Source: Mobula hypostoma (Eukaryota). Taken from it: 64,000 nt of DNA. This document shows, in pieces, positions 36,061 through 47,464 of this stretch; the stretch's first letter is position 1; the number at the start of each line of letters is the position of its first letter. Position numbers and translations under genes: made by a program. The notes beneath the pieces are model-generated. The model searched no databases and was not told where the DNA came from. It worked only from the letters and a program-made list of their open reading frames with translations. The stretch covers positions 6,882,001 to 6,946,000 of the forward strand of contig NC_086098.1 in assembly GCF_963921235.1 (NCBI RefSeq), given 5' to 3'.

Positions 36061-36573
36061 GTGATAGGGGTAGTGATAGGGGACTCGATAGTTAGAGGTG
36101 CAGGTAGGAGGTTTTGTGGTCGTGACAGAGAATCCAGGATGGTTTGTTGCCTCCCGGGTGCCAGGGTCAAGGATGTCTCTGATCGATTGCATGACATTCT
36201 GAAGTGGGAGGGTGACCAGCCAGATGTCGTGGTGCACATAGGCACCAATGACATAGCAAGGAAGAGTGAAGAGGTCCTGGACAGTGAGTATAGAGAGCTT
36301 GGTAGGAAGTTGAAAAGCAGGACCTCCAGGGTGGTAATCTCAGGATTTCTACCTGTGCTAGGTGCCAGTGAGGGTAGGAATAGGATGCTCTGGAGGAGGA
36401 ACAAGTGGCTGAGGAACTGGTGTAGGGGGCAGAGTTTCAGATTTCAGGATCATTGGGACCTCTTCTGGGGCAGGTGGGACCTGTACAAGAGAGACGGGTT
36501 ACACTTGAACCACAGGGGGACCAATATCCTTTCAGGGAGGTTTGTTAGTGCTATTGGGGAGGCTTTAAACTAG
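36061..36573 (+). CDS. CR1 ORF1 C-terminal SGNH/GDSL esterase-like domain (5' truncated)
   Basis: GDSIVR (block I), PGA, HIGTND (block III), DGLHLN (block V). Confidence 0.88.
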   Translation: MIGVVIGDSIVRGAGRRFCGRDRESRMVCCLPGARVKDVSDRLHDILKWEGDQPDVVVHIGTNDIARKSEEVLDSEYRELGRKLKSRTSRVVISGFLPVLGASEGRNRMLWRRNKWLRNWCRGQSFRFQDHWDLFWGRWDLYKRDGLHLNHRGTNILSGRFVSAIGEALN

Positions 36574-36575
36574 AT

Positions 36576-39503
36576 TTGCAGGGGGATGGGAACCAGAGTG
36601 CCAGAGCTGACAGTGTGGCTGGGGTGAAAATAAATGATGTTGAAAGTTTAAGCAAATCCGCTGATAGAAAGGTTGTGAGTGGTGGTAAAAATCTTCTGAG
36701 GTGTATATATTTCAATGCTAGGAGTATTGCGGGGAAGGCGGATGAGTTGAGGGCGTGGATTGACACGTGGAATTATGATGTTGTAGCAATTAGTGAAACT
36801 TGGCTACAGGAGGGACAGGAGGGGCAGCTTAATATTCCAGGGTTCCGATGTTTCAGATGTGATCGAGGCAGAGGAATGAAAGGTGGGGGAGTAGCATTGC
36901 TTGTTAGGGAAAATATTACAGCAGTGCTCAGGCAGGACAGATTAGAGGGCTTGTCTACTGAGTCCTTATGGGCGGAGCTGAGAAACAGGAAAGGTATGGC
37001 CACATTAGTGGGATTGTATTACAGACCACCCAATAGTCAACGAGACTTGGAAGAGCAAATCTGCAGAGAGATAGCAGACAACTGCAGGAAACATAAAGTT
37101 GTGGTGGTAGGGGATTTTAATTTTCCATACATTGATTGGGACTCCCATACTGTTAGGGGTCTAGATGGTTTAGAGTTTGTAAAATGTGTTCAGGAAAGTT
37201 TTCTAAATCAGTATATAGAGGGACCAACTCGAGGGGATGCAATATTGGATCTCCTGTTAGGAAACGAATTAGGGCAAGTGACGGAAGTCTGTGTGGGGGA
37301 GCACTTTGGTTCCAGTGATCATAATGCCATTAGTTTCAATTTGATCATGGACAAGGATAGATCTGGTCCTAGGGTTGAGGTTCTGAACTGGAAGAAGGCC
37401 AAATTTGAAGAAATGAGAAAGGATCTAAAAAGCATGGATTGGGACAGGTTGTTCTCTGGCAAAGATGTGATTGGTAGGTGGGAAGCCTTCAAAGGGGAAA
37501 TTTTGAGAGTGCAGAGTTTGTATGTTCCTGTCAGGATTAAAGGCAAATTGAATAGGAATAAGGAACCTTGGTTCTCAAGGGATATTGCAACTCTGATAAA
37601 GAAGAGGAGGGAGTTGTATGAAATGTATAGGAAACAGGGGGTAAATCAGGTGCTTGAGGAGTATAAGAAGTGCAAGAATATACTTAAGAAAGAAATCAGG
37701 AGGGCAAAAAGAAGACATGAGGTTGCCTTGGCAGTCAAAGTGAAGGATAATCCAAAGAGCTTTTACAAGTATATTAAGAGCAAAAGGATTGTAAGGGATA
37801 AAATTGGTCCTCTTGAAGATCAGAGTGGTCGGCTTTGTGCGGAACCAAAGGAAATGGGGGAGATCTTAAATAGGTTTTTTGCGTCTGTATTTACTAAGGA
37901 AGCTGGCATGAAATCTATGGAATTGAGGGAATCAAGTAGTGAGACCATGGCAACTGTACAGATTGAAAAGGAGGAGATGCTTGCTGTCTTGAGGAAAATT
38001 AAAGTGGATAAATCCCCGGGACTTGACAGGGTTTTCCCTCGGACCTTGAAGGAGACTGGTGTTGAAATTGCGGGGGCCCTGGCAGAAATATTTAAAATGT
38101 CACTGTCTATGGATGAAGTGCCGGAGGATTGGAGAGTGGCTCATGTTGTTCCATTGTTTAAAAAAGGATCGAAAAGTAATCCGGGAAATTATAGGCTGGT
38201 GAGTTTAATGTCAGTAGTAGGTAAGTTATTGGAGGGAGTACTAAGAGACAGAATCTACAAGCATTTGGATAGATAGGGGCTTATTAGAGAGAGTCAACAT
38301 GGCTTTGTGCGTGGTAGGTCATGTTTGACCAATCTGTTAGAGTTTTTCGAGGAAGTTACCAGGAAAGTGGATGAAGGGAAGGTAGTCGATATTGTCTACA
38401 TGGACTTCAGTAAGGCCTTTGACAAGGTCCCGCATGGGAGGTTAGTTAGGAAAATTCAGTCGCTAGGTATACATGGAGAGGTGGTAAATTGGATTGGACA
38501 TTGGCTAGATGGAAGAAGCCAGAGAGTGCTGGTGGAAAATTGCTTCTCTGAGTGGAGGCCTGTGACTAGTGGTGTGCCACAGGGATCAGTGCTGGGTCCA
38601 TTGTTATTTGTCATCTATATCAATGATCTGGATGATAATGTGGTAAATTGGATCAGCAAGTTTGCTGATGATACAAAGATTGGAGGTGTAGTAGACAGTG
38701 AGGAAGGTTTTCAGAGTCTGCAGAGGGACTTGGACCAGCTGGAAAAATGGGCTGAAAAATGGCAGATGGAGTTTAATACTGACAAGTGTGAGGTATTGCA
38801 CGTTGGAAGGACAAACCAAGGTAGAACATACAGGGTTAATGGTAAGGCACTGAGGAGTGCAGTGGAACAAAGGGATCTGGGAATACAGGTACAAAATTCC
38901 CTAAAAGTGTCGTCACAGGTAGATAGGGTCGTAAAGAGAGCTTTTGGTACATTGGCCTTTATTAATCCTAGTATTGAGTATAAGAGCTGGAATGTTATGA
39001 TGAGGTTGTATAAGGCATTGGTGAGGCCGAATCTGGAGTATTGTGTTCAGTTTTGGTCACCAAATTACAGGAAGGATATAAATAAGGTTGAAAGAGTGCA
39101 GAGAAGGTTTACAAGGATGTTGCCGGGACTTGAGAAACTCAGTTACAGAGAAAGGTTGAATAGGTTAGGACTTTATTCCCTGGAGCGTGGAAGAATGAGG
39201 GGAGATTTGATAGAGGTATATAAAATTATGCTGGGTATAGATAGAGTGAATGGAAGCAGGCTTTTTCCACTGAGGCAATGGGAGAAAAAAACCAGAGGAC
39301 ATGGGTTAAGGGTGAGGGGGGAAAAGTTTAAAGGGAACATTAGTGGGGGCTTCTTCACACAAAGAGTGGTGGGAGTATGGAATGAGCTGCCAGACGAGGT
39401 GGTAAATGCGGGTTCTTTTTTAACATTTAAGAATAAATTGGACAGATACATGGATGGGAGGTGTATGGAGGGATATGGTCCGTGTGCAGGTCAGTGGGAC
39501 TAG
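36576..39503 (+). pseudogene. CR1 ORF2 (AP endonuclease and reverse transcriptase) with one in-frame TAG at 38274-38276
   Basis: ORFs 36576-38276 and 38307-39503 share a frame. YFNARS, SETW, GDFN, SDH, DFSKAFD, PQGSVLGP and FADD are all present. Confidence 0.92.
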
Positions 39504-39704
39504 GCAGAAAATGGTTCGGCACAACCAAGAAGGGCCAAAGGGCCTGTTTCTGTGCTGTAATTTCTATGGTTCTATGGTTCTATGTGCAAAAGAAGCCAAA
39601 ACTGTGCAAGTACAAATATAACAAATAATAATAATAACAATAAATAAACAGTACACAATAATATTGAGAAGATGTGTCCTCAGTTCGTGATGCATGTAAA
39701 TATT

Positions 39705-40230
39705 CACTCAGTAGCCACTTCATTAGCTGTACCTAAACCTGCTCGTTAATGCAAATATCTAATCTTCCAATTATGTGGCAGCAACTCAGTGCATAAAAGC
39801 ATGCCGACATAGTGAAGAGGTTCTTTTGTTGTTCAGACCAAATATTAGGATGGGAAAGGAATGTGATCTAATTGACTTTGACCATGGAATGATTGTTGGT
39901 GTCAGAAGGGGTGGTTTGAGTATCTCAGAAACTGCTGATGTACTGGGATTCTCACACATAACAGTCCCTAGGATTTACAGAGAATGGTGCAAAATTTAAA
40001 AAAAAATCCAGTGAGCTGCAGTTCTGTAGGCTGAAACTCATTGTTGATGAGAGGGGTCAGAGGAGAATGGCCAGACTGGTTCAAAGGTGACAGTAACTCA
40101 AATAACCACACGTTACAACAGTGGTGTGCAGAAGAGCATCTCTGAACAGACATCACATTGAACCTGGGAGTGGATGGGCTACAGCAGCAGAAGACCGCAC
40201 TCCTGTATCTAATAAAATGGCCACTGAGTG
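39705..40230 (+). mobile_element. Internally deleted Tc1-like transposon
   Basis: TIRs cactcagtagccactt / aaatggccactgagtg; transposase HTH remnant MGKECDLIDFDHGMIVGVRRGGLSISETADVLGFSHITV. Confidence 0.85.
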
Positions 40231-41804
40231 TTGTTCCCTGATCCTTGATCTCGAAGTGCGTTTCAGTGAATTAATTTGATGAGTTCTGTCCAGCATAATT
40301 CAATTCAACAGCTGCAGGAACTGCCAGACTCTCACAAGGGAGAGGCCAGCCTGTGCTAACCTGTGGCTTTTTTTTAAAATGGTTTTTGATTTATCTGTCA
40401 CCTGATCCATCTGCAATGAATAATTTTCATGGAAGGTGCACTTTAATTACTTTCCCATTTAACTTGCATTATCATTCCCTATCTTAGCAATTAATCTCCC
40501 CTCGTATCCAATTTCGGCCTTTATTGCTGGCAAACAGGCCCCCTGAATCTTGTGTGCTCGAGCGGGCGCTTGAGTGTTGTTTGACTGAGAGGTTTTCAAA
40601 CAAGTTTTCACTTCATTAAAGTGCTCAAATCAGCGTATCTCCAGTTCATTGGGGTGAGAGCTGTCTTCGTATCTCCTGAAGTGAACATTTGATTGGTGCT
40701 GTGTGTCTAGTCTTTGAACATCTCACGTCTAATTCAGAGTTCTTTACGGTGGGCAATGTTGTTTTCTGTTGAAGATTTGCTTTATTTGTCACACGTACAT
40801 CGAAACATGCAGTGAAATGCGTCACTTGCATCAACACTTCAGAATTGAAGGGTGATTGCGTCTACCGCTTGTGATGACAGACAATTTGCAGCAGGTGCAG
40901 ATCCTTGCTCAGGCAGGAGTTAATCCCAGCCTTAACAAACCTCTCAAAGCACTTCATCACAGTAGATGTGCGTGCCAGCAGGCAGTAGACATGACAGTCA
41001 TTGTTGATCCATGGCCACCTCTTGTTTCAAGAAGATATCCCCCTCAGAGGTGCAGGAGCAACACCTTATATTCTGCCTGGGTAGCCTCCAACCTGATGGC
41101 ATTAATGTCAATTTTTCCTCCCTGGGAAAAAAACCTTCCCCTCCCTTATTTTTCTATTCCCCACTCAGGCCTCCTACCTCTTCCCTACCTATCACCATCC
41201 CCTAGGTCCCCTCCTCCTTCCCTTTTCCCCTTGGTCCACTCTCTTCTCCTATCAGATTCCTTCCTCTTCAACCCTTGACCTTTCCCACCCACCTGGCTTC
41301 ACCTATCACCTTCTAGCTATCCTCCTTCACCTCCTCCCACCTTTTTATTCTGGCACATAAGTGCACCTCTTTCTCACTCCTGAAGAAGGGTCTCAGCCAA
41401 AAATGTCAGCTGCTTATTCATTTCCGTAGATGCTGCCTGGTCTGCTGAGTTCCTCCAGCAAAAGTATTCGGCACGGACTAAAAGGGCCGAGATGGCCCGT
41501 TTCTGTGCTGTAATTGTTATATGGTTATAAATGGTTGCCTGGATTTCCAGCATCTGCAGATTCTCGATAGTCATTTGAGGCAGCTCACTGTTCTGCTGGT
41601 TCACACTTGTATTTATTATTACCATCGGCACTCTTGATGGTGTGAGCTTCAAGTGAACAAGGAATGTCATTGCTCTCCCATTCAGTCATGGCTGATTTAT
41701 TTTCCTTCTCAACTTCATTCTCTTGCCCTTTATTCAGAACTTTAGTGGTCCTTAAGAATCTTTCAGATTGCTTGCTGTGAAGGCCATTGTGTACATACAT
41801 CTAT

Positions 41805-42199
41805 TAATGCTTCTGGACACATCTTCAGTGATGTTCCTGGAATCATCGGGTGTTTCCAGTCTTTCAGCATCATACAACCTCCTCCAGGTGACCCAGCCGG
41901 GGCTGATCACACCCCAGCTTGTGTCCAGATGGCTAGCTACTTATGACTCCATGGCTCCCCTCTTTTGAGCCACAGCCATCTTCAGGCCCTCTCTGCCGCT
42001 TCGGTGGTACTGCGGATGGCTCTCCTCTTCCTCTCTCCCTCGATGCCCAAATTGCTGAAGGCTCTAACTAAAGAATGGGCTATGAATCCCCTACAACCAA
42101 CCTCCACTGGGAGACACCTCGCTCTCCATCCAGCCTGCTGACAGTTGCTGACCAGTCCTGCGTACTTGGAGAGCTTCCTTTCAAAGGCCTCTTCCAAGC
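41805..42199 (-). mobile_element. 3' end of a restriction-like-endonuclease non-LTR retrotransposon (HERO-like)
   Basis: LEEAFERKLSKYAGLVSNCQQAGWRARCLPVEVGCRGF...AAERA*RWLWLKR followed by a short 3' UTR. Confidence 0.7.
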
Positions 42200-45100
42200 T
42201 GTGGAGGCCAAGTATTTGTGTAGATCCAAAGGTTCTTAACCCCATTCTTCTGCCATCTTCCCGTAACCTTTATTCTGACTTCTGCCTCCTTTCTTTCCGG
42301 TCCTGATGAAGGGCCTCAGCTCGATAAACTGTATTTTTCTCGCTCCATAGAATCAGCGCTGTCTTGCTGGGTTCCTCCAGCATTCTGTGTATTGCCCAAG
42401 CCGAAGCTGTTTTTAAGGTGATGCTTGCCACAGACTCGTCTATCAGCTTCTCTGAAACCAAACTGTTATTCAATTCCATTGAAGTGGCCAGGTTTGTGTG
42501 CCTTTGACTGTAATCCAGCAAAGTACTCTCACTGTGTAGGTGGGAGGTGGAGAAGTTCTTAGTGTGGTTCTCAGATTCCCATTTGTGACAGAGGATTAGG
42601 AAGGCTCTGTGATAAAGCAGTCACATGTCTCCCAGATTAAGAAAAGCTAATGTGATCTGGTTCAGATACCTTAATAATTGCTGCAAAGGTGTGGAATCCA
42701 AATAATAGTTATGTGTAGATAAACAAGCAGGGTAAAACAGTTGGCCTGGAATTGATTTGGCACCAATATACATGTTTATGAATTTTCGATGACAGATATA
42801 TGGCATATTGACGGACAGTTAAAATCCTGTGACCAGCAAAGAAATAAATTCACAAATACACAGATTTTGCTGATGCCAGAAATCCAGAGCAACACACACA
42901 AAATACTGGAAGAACTGAGCAGGTCAGGCAGCATGTATGAAAATGAATAAACATTTAATGTTTTGGGCCAAGACCCTTCACTGGGACTGATAAGAAAGTG
43001 GGAAGAGCCAGAACATGGAAAGGTAAAGGGCCGAAGAAGAAGGAGAGGAGAGTGGACCATGGGAGAAAGGGAAGGAGGAGGGCACCGGAAGAAGGTAATA
43101 GGCCGGCAAGGATAACAGAAGAGGCAAGGGAGGGCTAGAGTGGGGAAATTGAAGCAGCGGGAAGGGGAAGGGTTAAAAGTTACCAAAAGTTGGAGAAATC
43201 GATGATCATGCTATCATAAACTCACATACTACTTTATTTCAAATCATATTTCAGTCATTGGCTCAATACCAGTTCCTCTGTGTAACTAAAAACATCCAAC
43301 CTGATGGCATGAATATTGATTTCTCCTTTTAGGGTTTTTACTCTTCCTCCCTTCTTCTATTCTCCATTCTGGCCTCTTACCTCTCCTCACCTGTCTATCA
43401 CCTCCCCCTGAGCTCCTCCTTCTCTTTCTCCTATGGTCCACTCTCCTGTCCTATCAGATTCCTTCCTCTCCAGTCCTTTACGTTTCCCACTCTCCTTCAC
43501 CTATCACCATCTAGCAATCTTCCTCCTCCTCCTCCCCCCACCTTCTTACACTGGCATCTTCCCCTTTTCCAGTACTGAGGATGGGTCTTGGCCCAAAACG
43601 CTGACTGTTTATTCATTTTCACAGATACTCCCTGACCTGCGGAATTGTGTGTGTTGCTCTGAATTTCCAGCGTCTGCAGAATCTTGTGTGTTTATGAAAA
43701 ACGTCCACCCAATGTACAAATGCTGATGTAACTAGGAATGTCAGTTGAGAGCTATTTATCCCATTAGATACTTTAACAATATTTGGACTTCAAAGGTGAT
43801 CAAATCTGTCAGTTCAAAAATGAATACTCAACAGCCATAGTTGTTAATTTTCTATGAGTCTGGATGGAGTCTGACAAAGTACCTTCTTGAGAGAGATATC
43901 GTTCCAGCAACATCAGAGGACTATTTCCCCTTTGGTTTCAGACTGAACTAGTCTCTCTATTATTCAGAGAAACCAATTCAGTTCCCAGCCAGAGGGCTCC
44001 ATATTTTTGAATGATTTTCTGACCCGTTTGCTTTTAATTATAAAAACACTGATAATTGTATGCACAGCAAATTTTGAACATCTATAATCCACGTACAGGG
44101 AGTGCAACAGTAGTCAGTTATCAGGATGTGTTCTCAGAGATGACGACGTTCATGGAACCAGTGTTAAGAGGGGTCATTAAGTACAGAGAGAGATGCATTA
44201 TTGCATTGGGCTATATTGCTGTATATCACCACTGTGATATATCATCCTAGATAACCTACAGTCCAACCACGTTGACGTCACCATCGAGAAAGCTCAGGAA
44301 TACCACCACTTCCTCCAGGAGACTAAAGGAATTGTCACTGTCAGTCGTTACCAATTTTTGTCAATGCGCCATAAGAAGCCTTCTGTCTGGATGCCTAACA
44401 GCTTGGTAGAGCAACTTCTCTGCCCATAACTGCAGGAAACCACAGAGAGCAGTGGACGTGACCCAGCTCCTCATTGAGGCCTGCCCTCTCTCTGTGGACT
44501 CCGTCTACACTTCTCACTGCCTTGGTAAAGCAGCCAGCGTAATCAAAGGCTTCACCTTCCCTGAATATTCTCTCTTCTTCCCCCTCCCTTTGGGCAGAAA
44601 ATACAAAAGCCCGAAATCACATACCTCTCGGTTTAGAGACAGCTTCTATTCCGCTATTAACAGATGACTGAATGGACCTCTTTCACAATCTGACAGACCT
44701 CACAATCTGTCTGCTTATGATCTTGTACTTTATTGTTTGCCTGCACTGCACTTTCTCTTTAACTGTTGCTCTTTATTCTGATTTCCGTTAATGTTTTACT
44801 TTGTTCTACCACAGTGCACTGTGTAATGAGCCCTGACGAAGGGCAGCCTGTAACGTCGACTGTTTATTCTCCAGCATTTTGTGTGTGTTTCTCAAGGTTT
44901 TGTACCTGCAGAGCCCCTTGTGATTGTGTAATAGTCTGCATGAACAGTGCAAGATTAGCTTTTCACTGTATCTGTGTCATGTTGAATGGGGGGCGGGTGG
45001 TGGATCTCATTGAAACTTGACAAATATTGAAAGGACTAGATAGAGCGGTTTCCTATGGTGGGTGAATCTATGACAAGAGAGCACAACCTCTGGCGAGAGG

Positions 45101-45461
45101 GACTTCTCTTTAGAACAGAGGTCAGAAGGAATTTCTTTAGCCAGAGGATGGTGTATCTGTGGAATTCATTGCCACATGGCTGTGGCCGCTAAGTAATTGG
45201 TATATTTAAGCAGAGGTTTTTAGGTTCTTGATTAGTCAGGGTGCCAAAGGTGCAAGGAGGCAAGAGAATGGGGTTGAAGGAGATAATAAATCAGCCATGA
45301 TGGAATGGAGAAACAGAATGAATGGGCCAAATGGCCTAATCTGCCCCTACAGTACTGTAGGGACGTATATATAGCTAGAGGAATAATATATACGTCTTAG
45401 GCACGTATATATAGCTAGGGGAATCTAAGACCTTTGCACAGAACATAGAACATATAAATTT

Positions 45462-46080
45462 TACACCACATCACAGGCCCTTCAGCCCACAATGTTGTGC
45501 CGACCATGTAACCTACTCTAGAAACTGTCTAGAATTTTCCTACCGCATAGCCCTCTATTTTTCTAAGCTCCATGTACCTATCTAAGAGGCTCTTAAAAGA
45601 CCCTGTTGTAAACGCCTCCTCCACCATCACTGGCAGTGCATTCCATACACGCACCACTCTCTGTGTGAGAAACTTACCCCTGACGTCCCCTCTGTACCTG
45701 CTTCCAAGCACCTTAAAACTATGCCCCTCGTGTTAGCCACTTCAGCCCTGGGAAAAAGCCTCTGACTATCCACACGATCAATACCTCTCATCGACTTTTA
45801 CACCTCTGTCAGGTCACCTCTCATCCTCCGTTGCTCCAAGGAGAAAAGGCCAAGTTCACTCAACCTATTCTCATAAGGTACACCCTGCAATCCAGGCAAC
45901 ATCCCTGTAAATCTGCTCTACACTCTCTATAGTATCCACATCCTTCTAGTAGTGAGGTGACCAGAAATGAACATAGTACTCCAGATGGGGTCTGACCAAG
46001 TTCTTATATAGCTGTAACATTACTTCATGGCTCTTGAAATCAGTCCCACGGTTTATGGTGCCAACGCACCATACGCCTGT
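45462..46080 (-). mobile_element. CR1 3' fragment
   Basis: RYRGDVRGKFLTQRVVRVWNALP...LDRYM with aacatag-type tail. Confidence 0.8.
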
Positions 46081-46924
46081 CCTGTAGTAATTTTATGTAT
46101 TGCACTGTACTGCTACCACGAAAAGAAAACAAATTTCACGACATATGTGAGTGATGATAAACCTGATTCTGACCTGGGTCTGTATTGTGGACTGAGAGTG
46201 GGAAGGGGCCAGGGAGAGGGGAATCATGGTTGGGAAAGAGAGAAAGGAGAGGGGAGGGAGCGGGAAGTACCAGGGAGACATTCTGTAACAACAAGAAAGC
46301 AATAGTTAGGAATCAAATGACTTTGCCTGGTCAATCAGGGCTGGGTGTGTCTGCACTCAGTCCCTGGCGCTCCTGCCCCACAACCCTTCCGCGGTGCTCT
46401 ACCTCACCGTTTCCCAACATCCCTTGCTCCCACCACATTTACAAACTTGTTCTCTGCTCCTCATTGACAAATACAGTACTGTGCAAAAGTCTTCAGTGCC
46501 CGAGCTATATATATTTCCGAAGACTTTCACACAGTACTGTATCACTTCTGGTCTTTTGTGAGAATAATAAACCAATTCTAATATTAAAGTAGCAGTGGGT
46601 GTTTGGACACAGGGATCAAGAACTGAAGTCCAAGTGCAGGTGTAACAGGCTGGATATGAACTGAATGGCTTCTGTCTGCACTCACCTCAACTCTGAACTG
46701 ATTCCATAACTCTCGTTCAAGAACTCTGTGACTCATGTTCTCGGGATTATTTATTTACTTATTTTTTTAAGTTTTATTTGCACAGTTTGTTTTTTTTTGC
46801 ATATTGGTTGTTGGTCAGTCTTTGTGTGTAGTTTTTCATTGACTGTATTGTATTTCTCTGTTCTACTGTGAATACCTGCAAGAAAATGAAGAAAATGAAT
46901 CTCAGGGTTGTATATGGTGACATA

Positions 46925-47464
46925 CACTCAGCAACTTTCTTAAGTGCACCTGTACACCTGCTCATTAATATAAATATCAAATCAGCCAATTATGTGGCAG
47001 CAACTCAATGCATAAAAGCATGCAGACATGGTCAAGAGGTTCAGTTGTTGTTCAGACCAAACATCAGAATGGGGAAGAAAGGTGACCTAATTGACTCTGA
47101 CTGTGGAGTGATTGTTAGTGTCAGTTAGGGTGGCTTGAGTACCTCAGAAACTGCTGATCTCCTGGGATTTTTACACATAGTTGTCTAGAGTTTACAAAGA
47201 ACGGTGCAAAAAACAAAAAAACATCCAGTGAGCATCAGTTCTGTGGGCAAAAATTCGTTACTAAGAGAGGACAGATGAGAATGGCCAGACTGGTTCAAGC
47301 TGACAGGAAGGCGCCAGTAACTGAAATAACCAAATGTTACAACAGTGGTGTGCAGAAGAGCATCTGTGAACGCACAACACGTTGAACCTTGAGGTGGATG
47401 GGCTACAGGAACAGAAGACCTCACTGGGCTCCACTCTGGTACCTAATGAAGTGGCCACTGAGTA
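46925..47464 (+). mobile_element. Internally deleted Tc1-like transposon, same family as 39705-40230
   Basis: TA-flanked cactcag / gtggccactgagta ends and MGKKGDLIDSD remnant. Confidence 0.82.

Larger units (their letters stand above)
36061..39583 (+). mobile_element. Near-intact CR1 LINE, 5'-truncated within ORF1
   Basis: ORF1 esterase domain, ORF2 APE-RT, 3' UTR and (ctatggtt)n tail. Inserted in an older repeat (acaaacaa | gtgcaaaagaag). Confidence 0.96.

Noticed and set aside
41812..41875. GAAAC...gatg/catc...CTGAAGA on the minus strand of the HERO-like 3' UTR, resembling a permuted hammerhead
   Set aside because: No NUH cleavage triplet or stem III can be formed; insufficient support.
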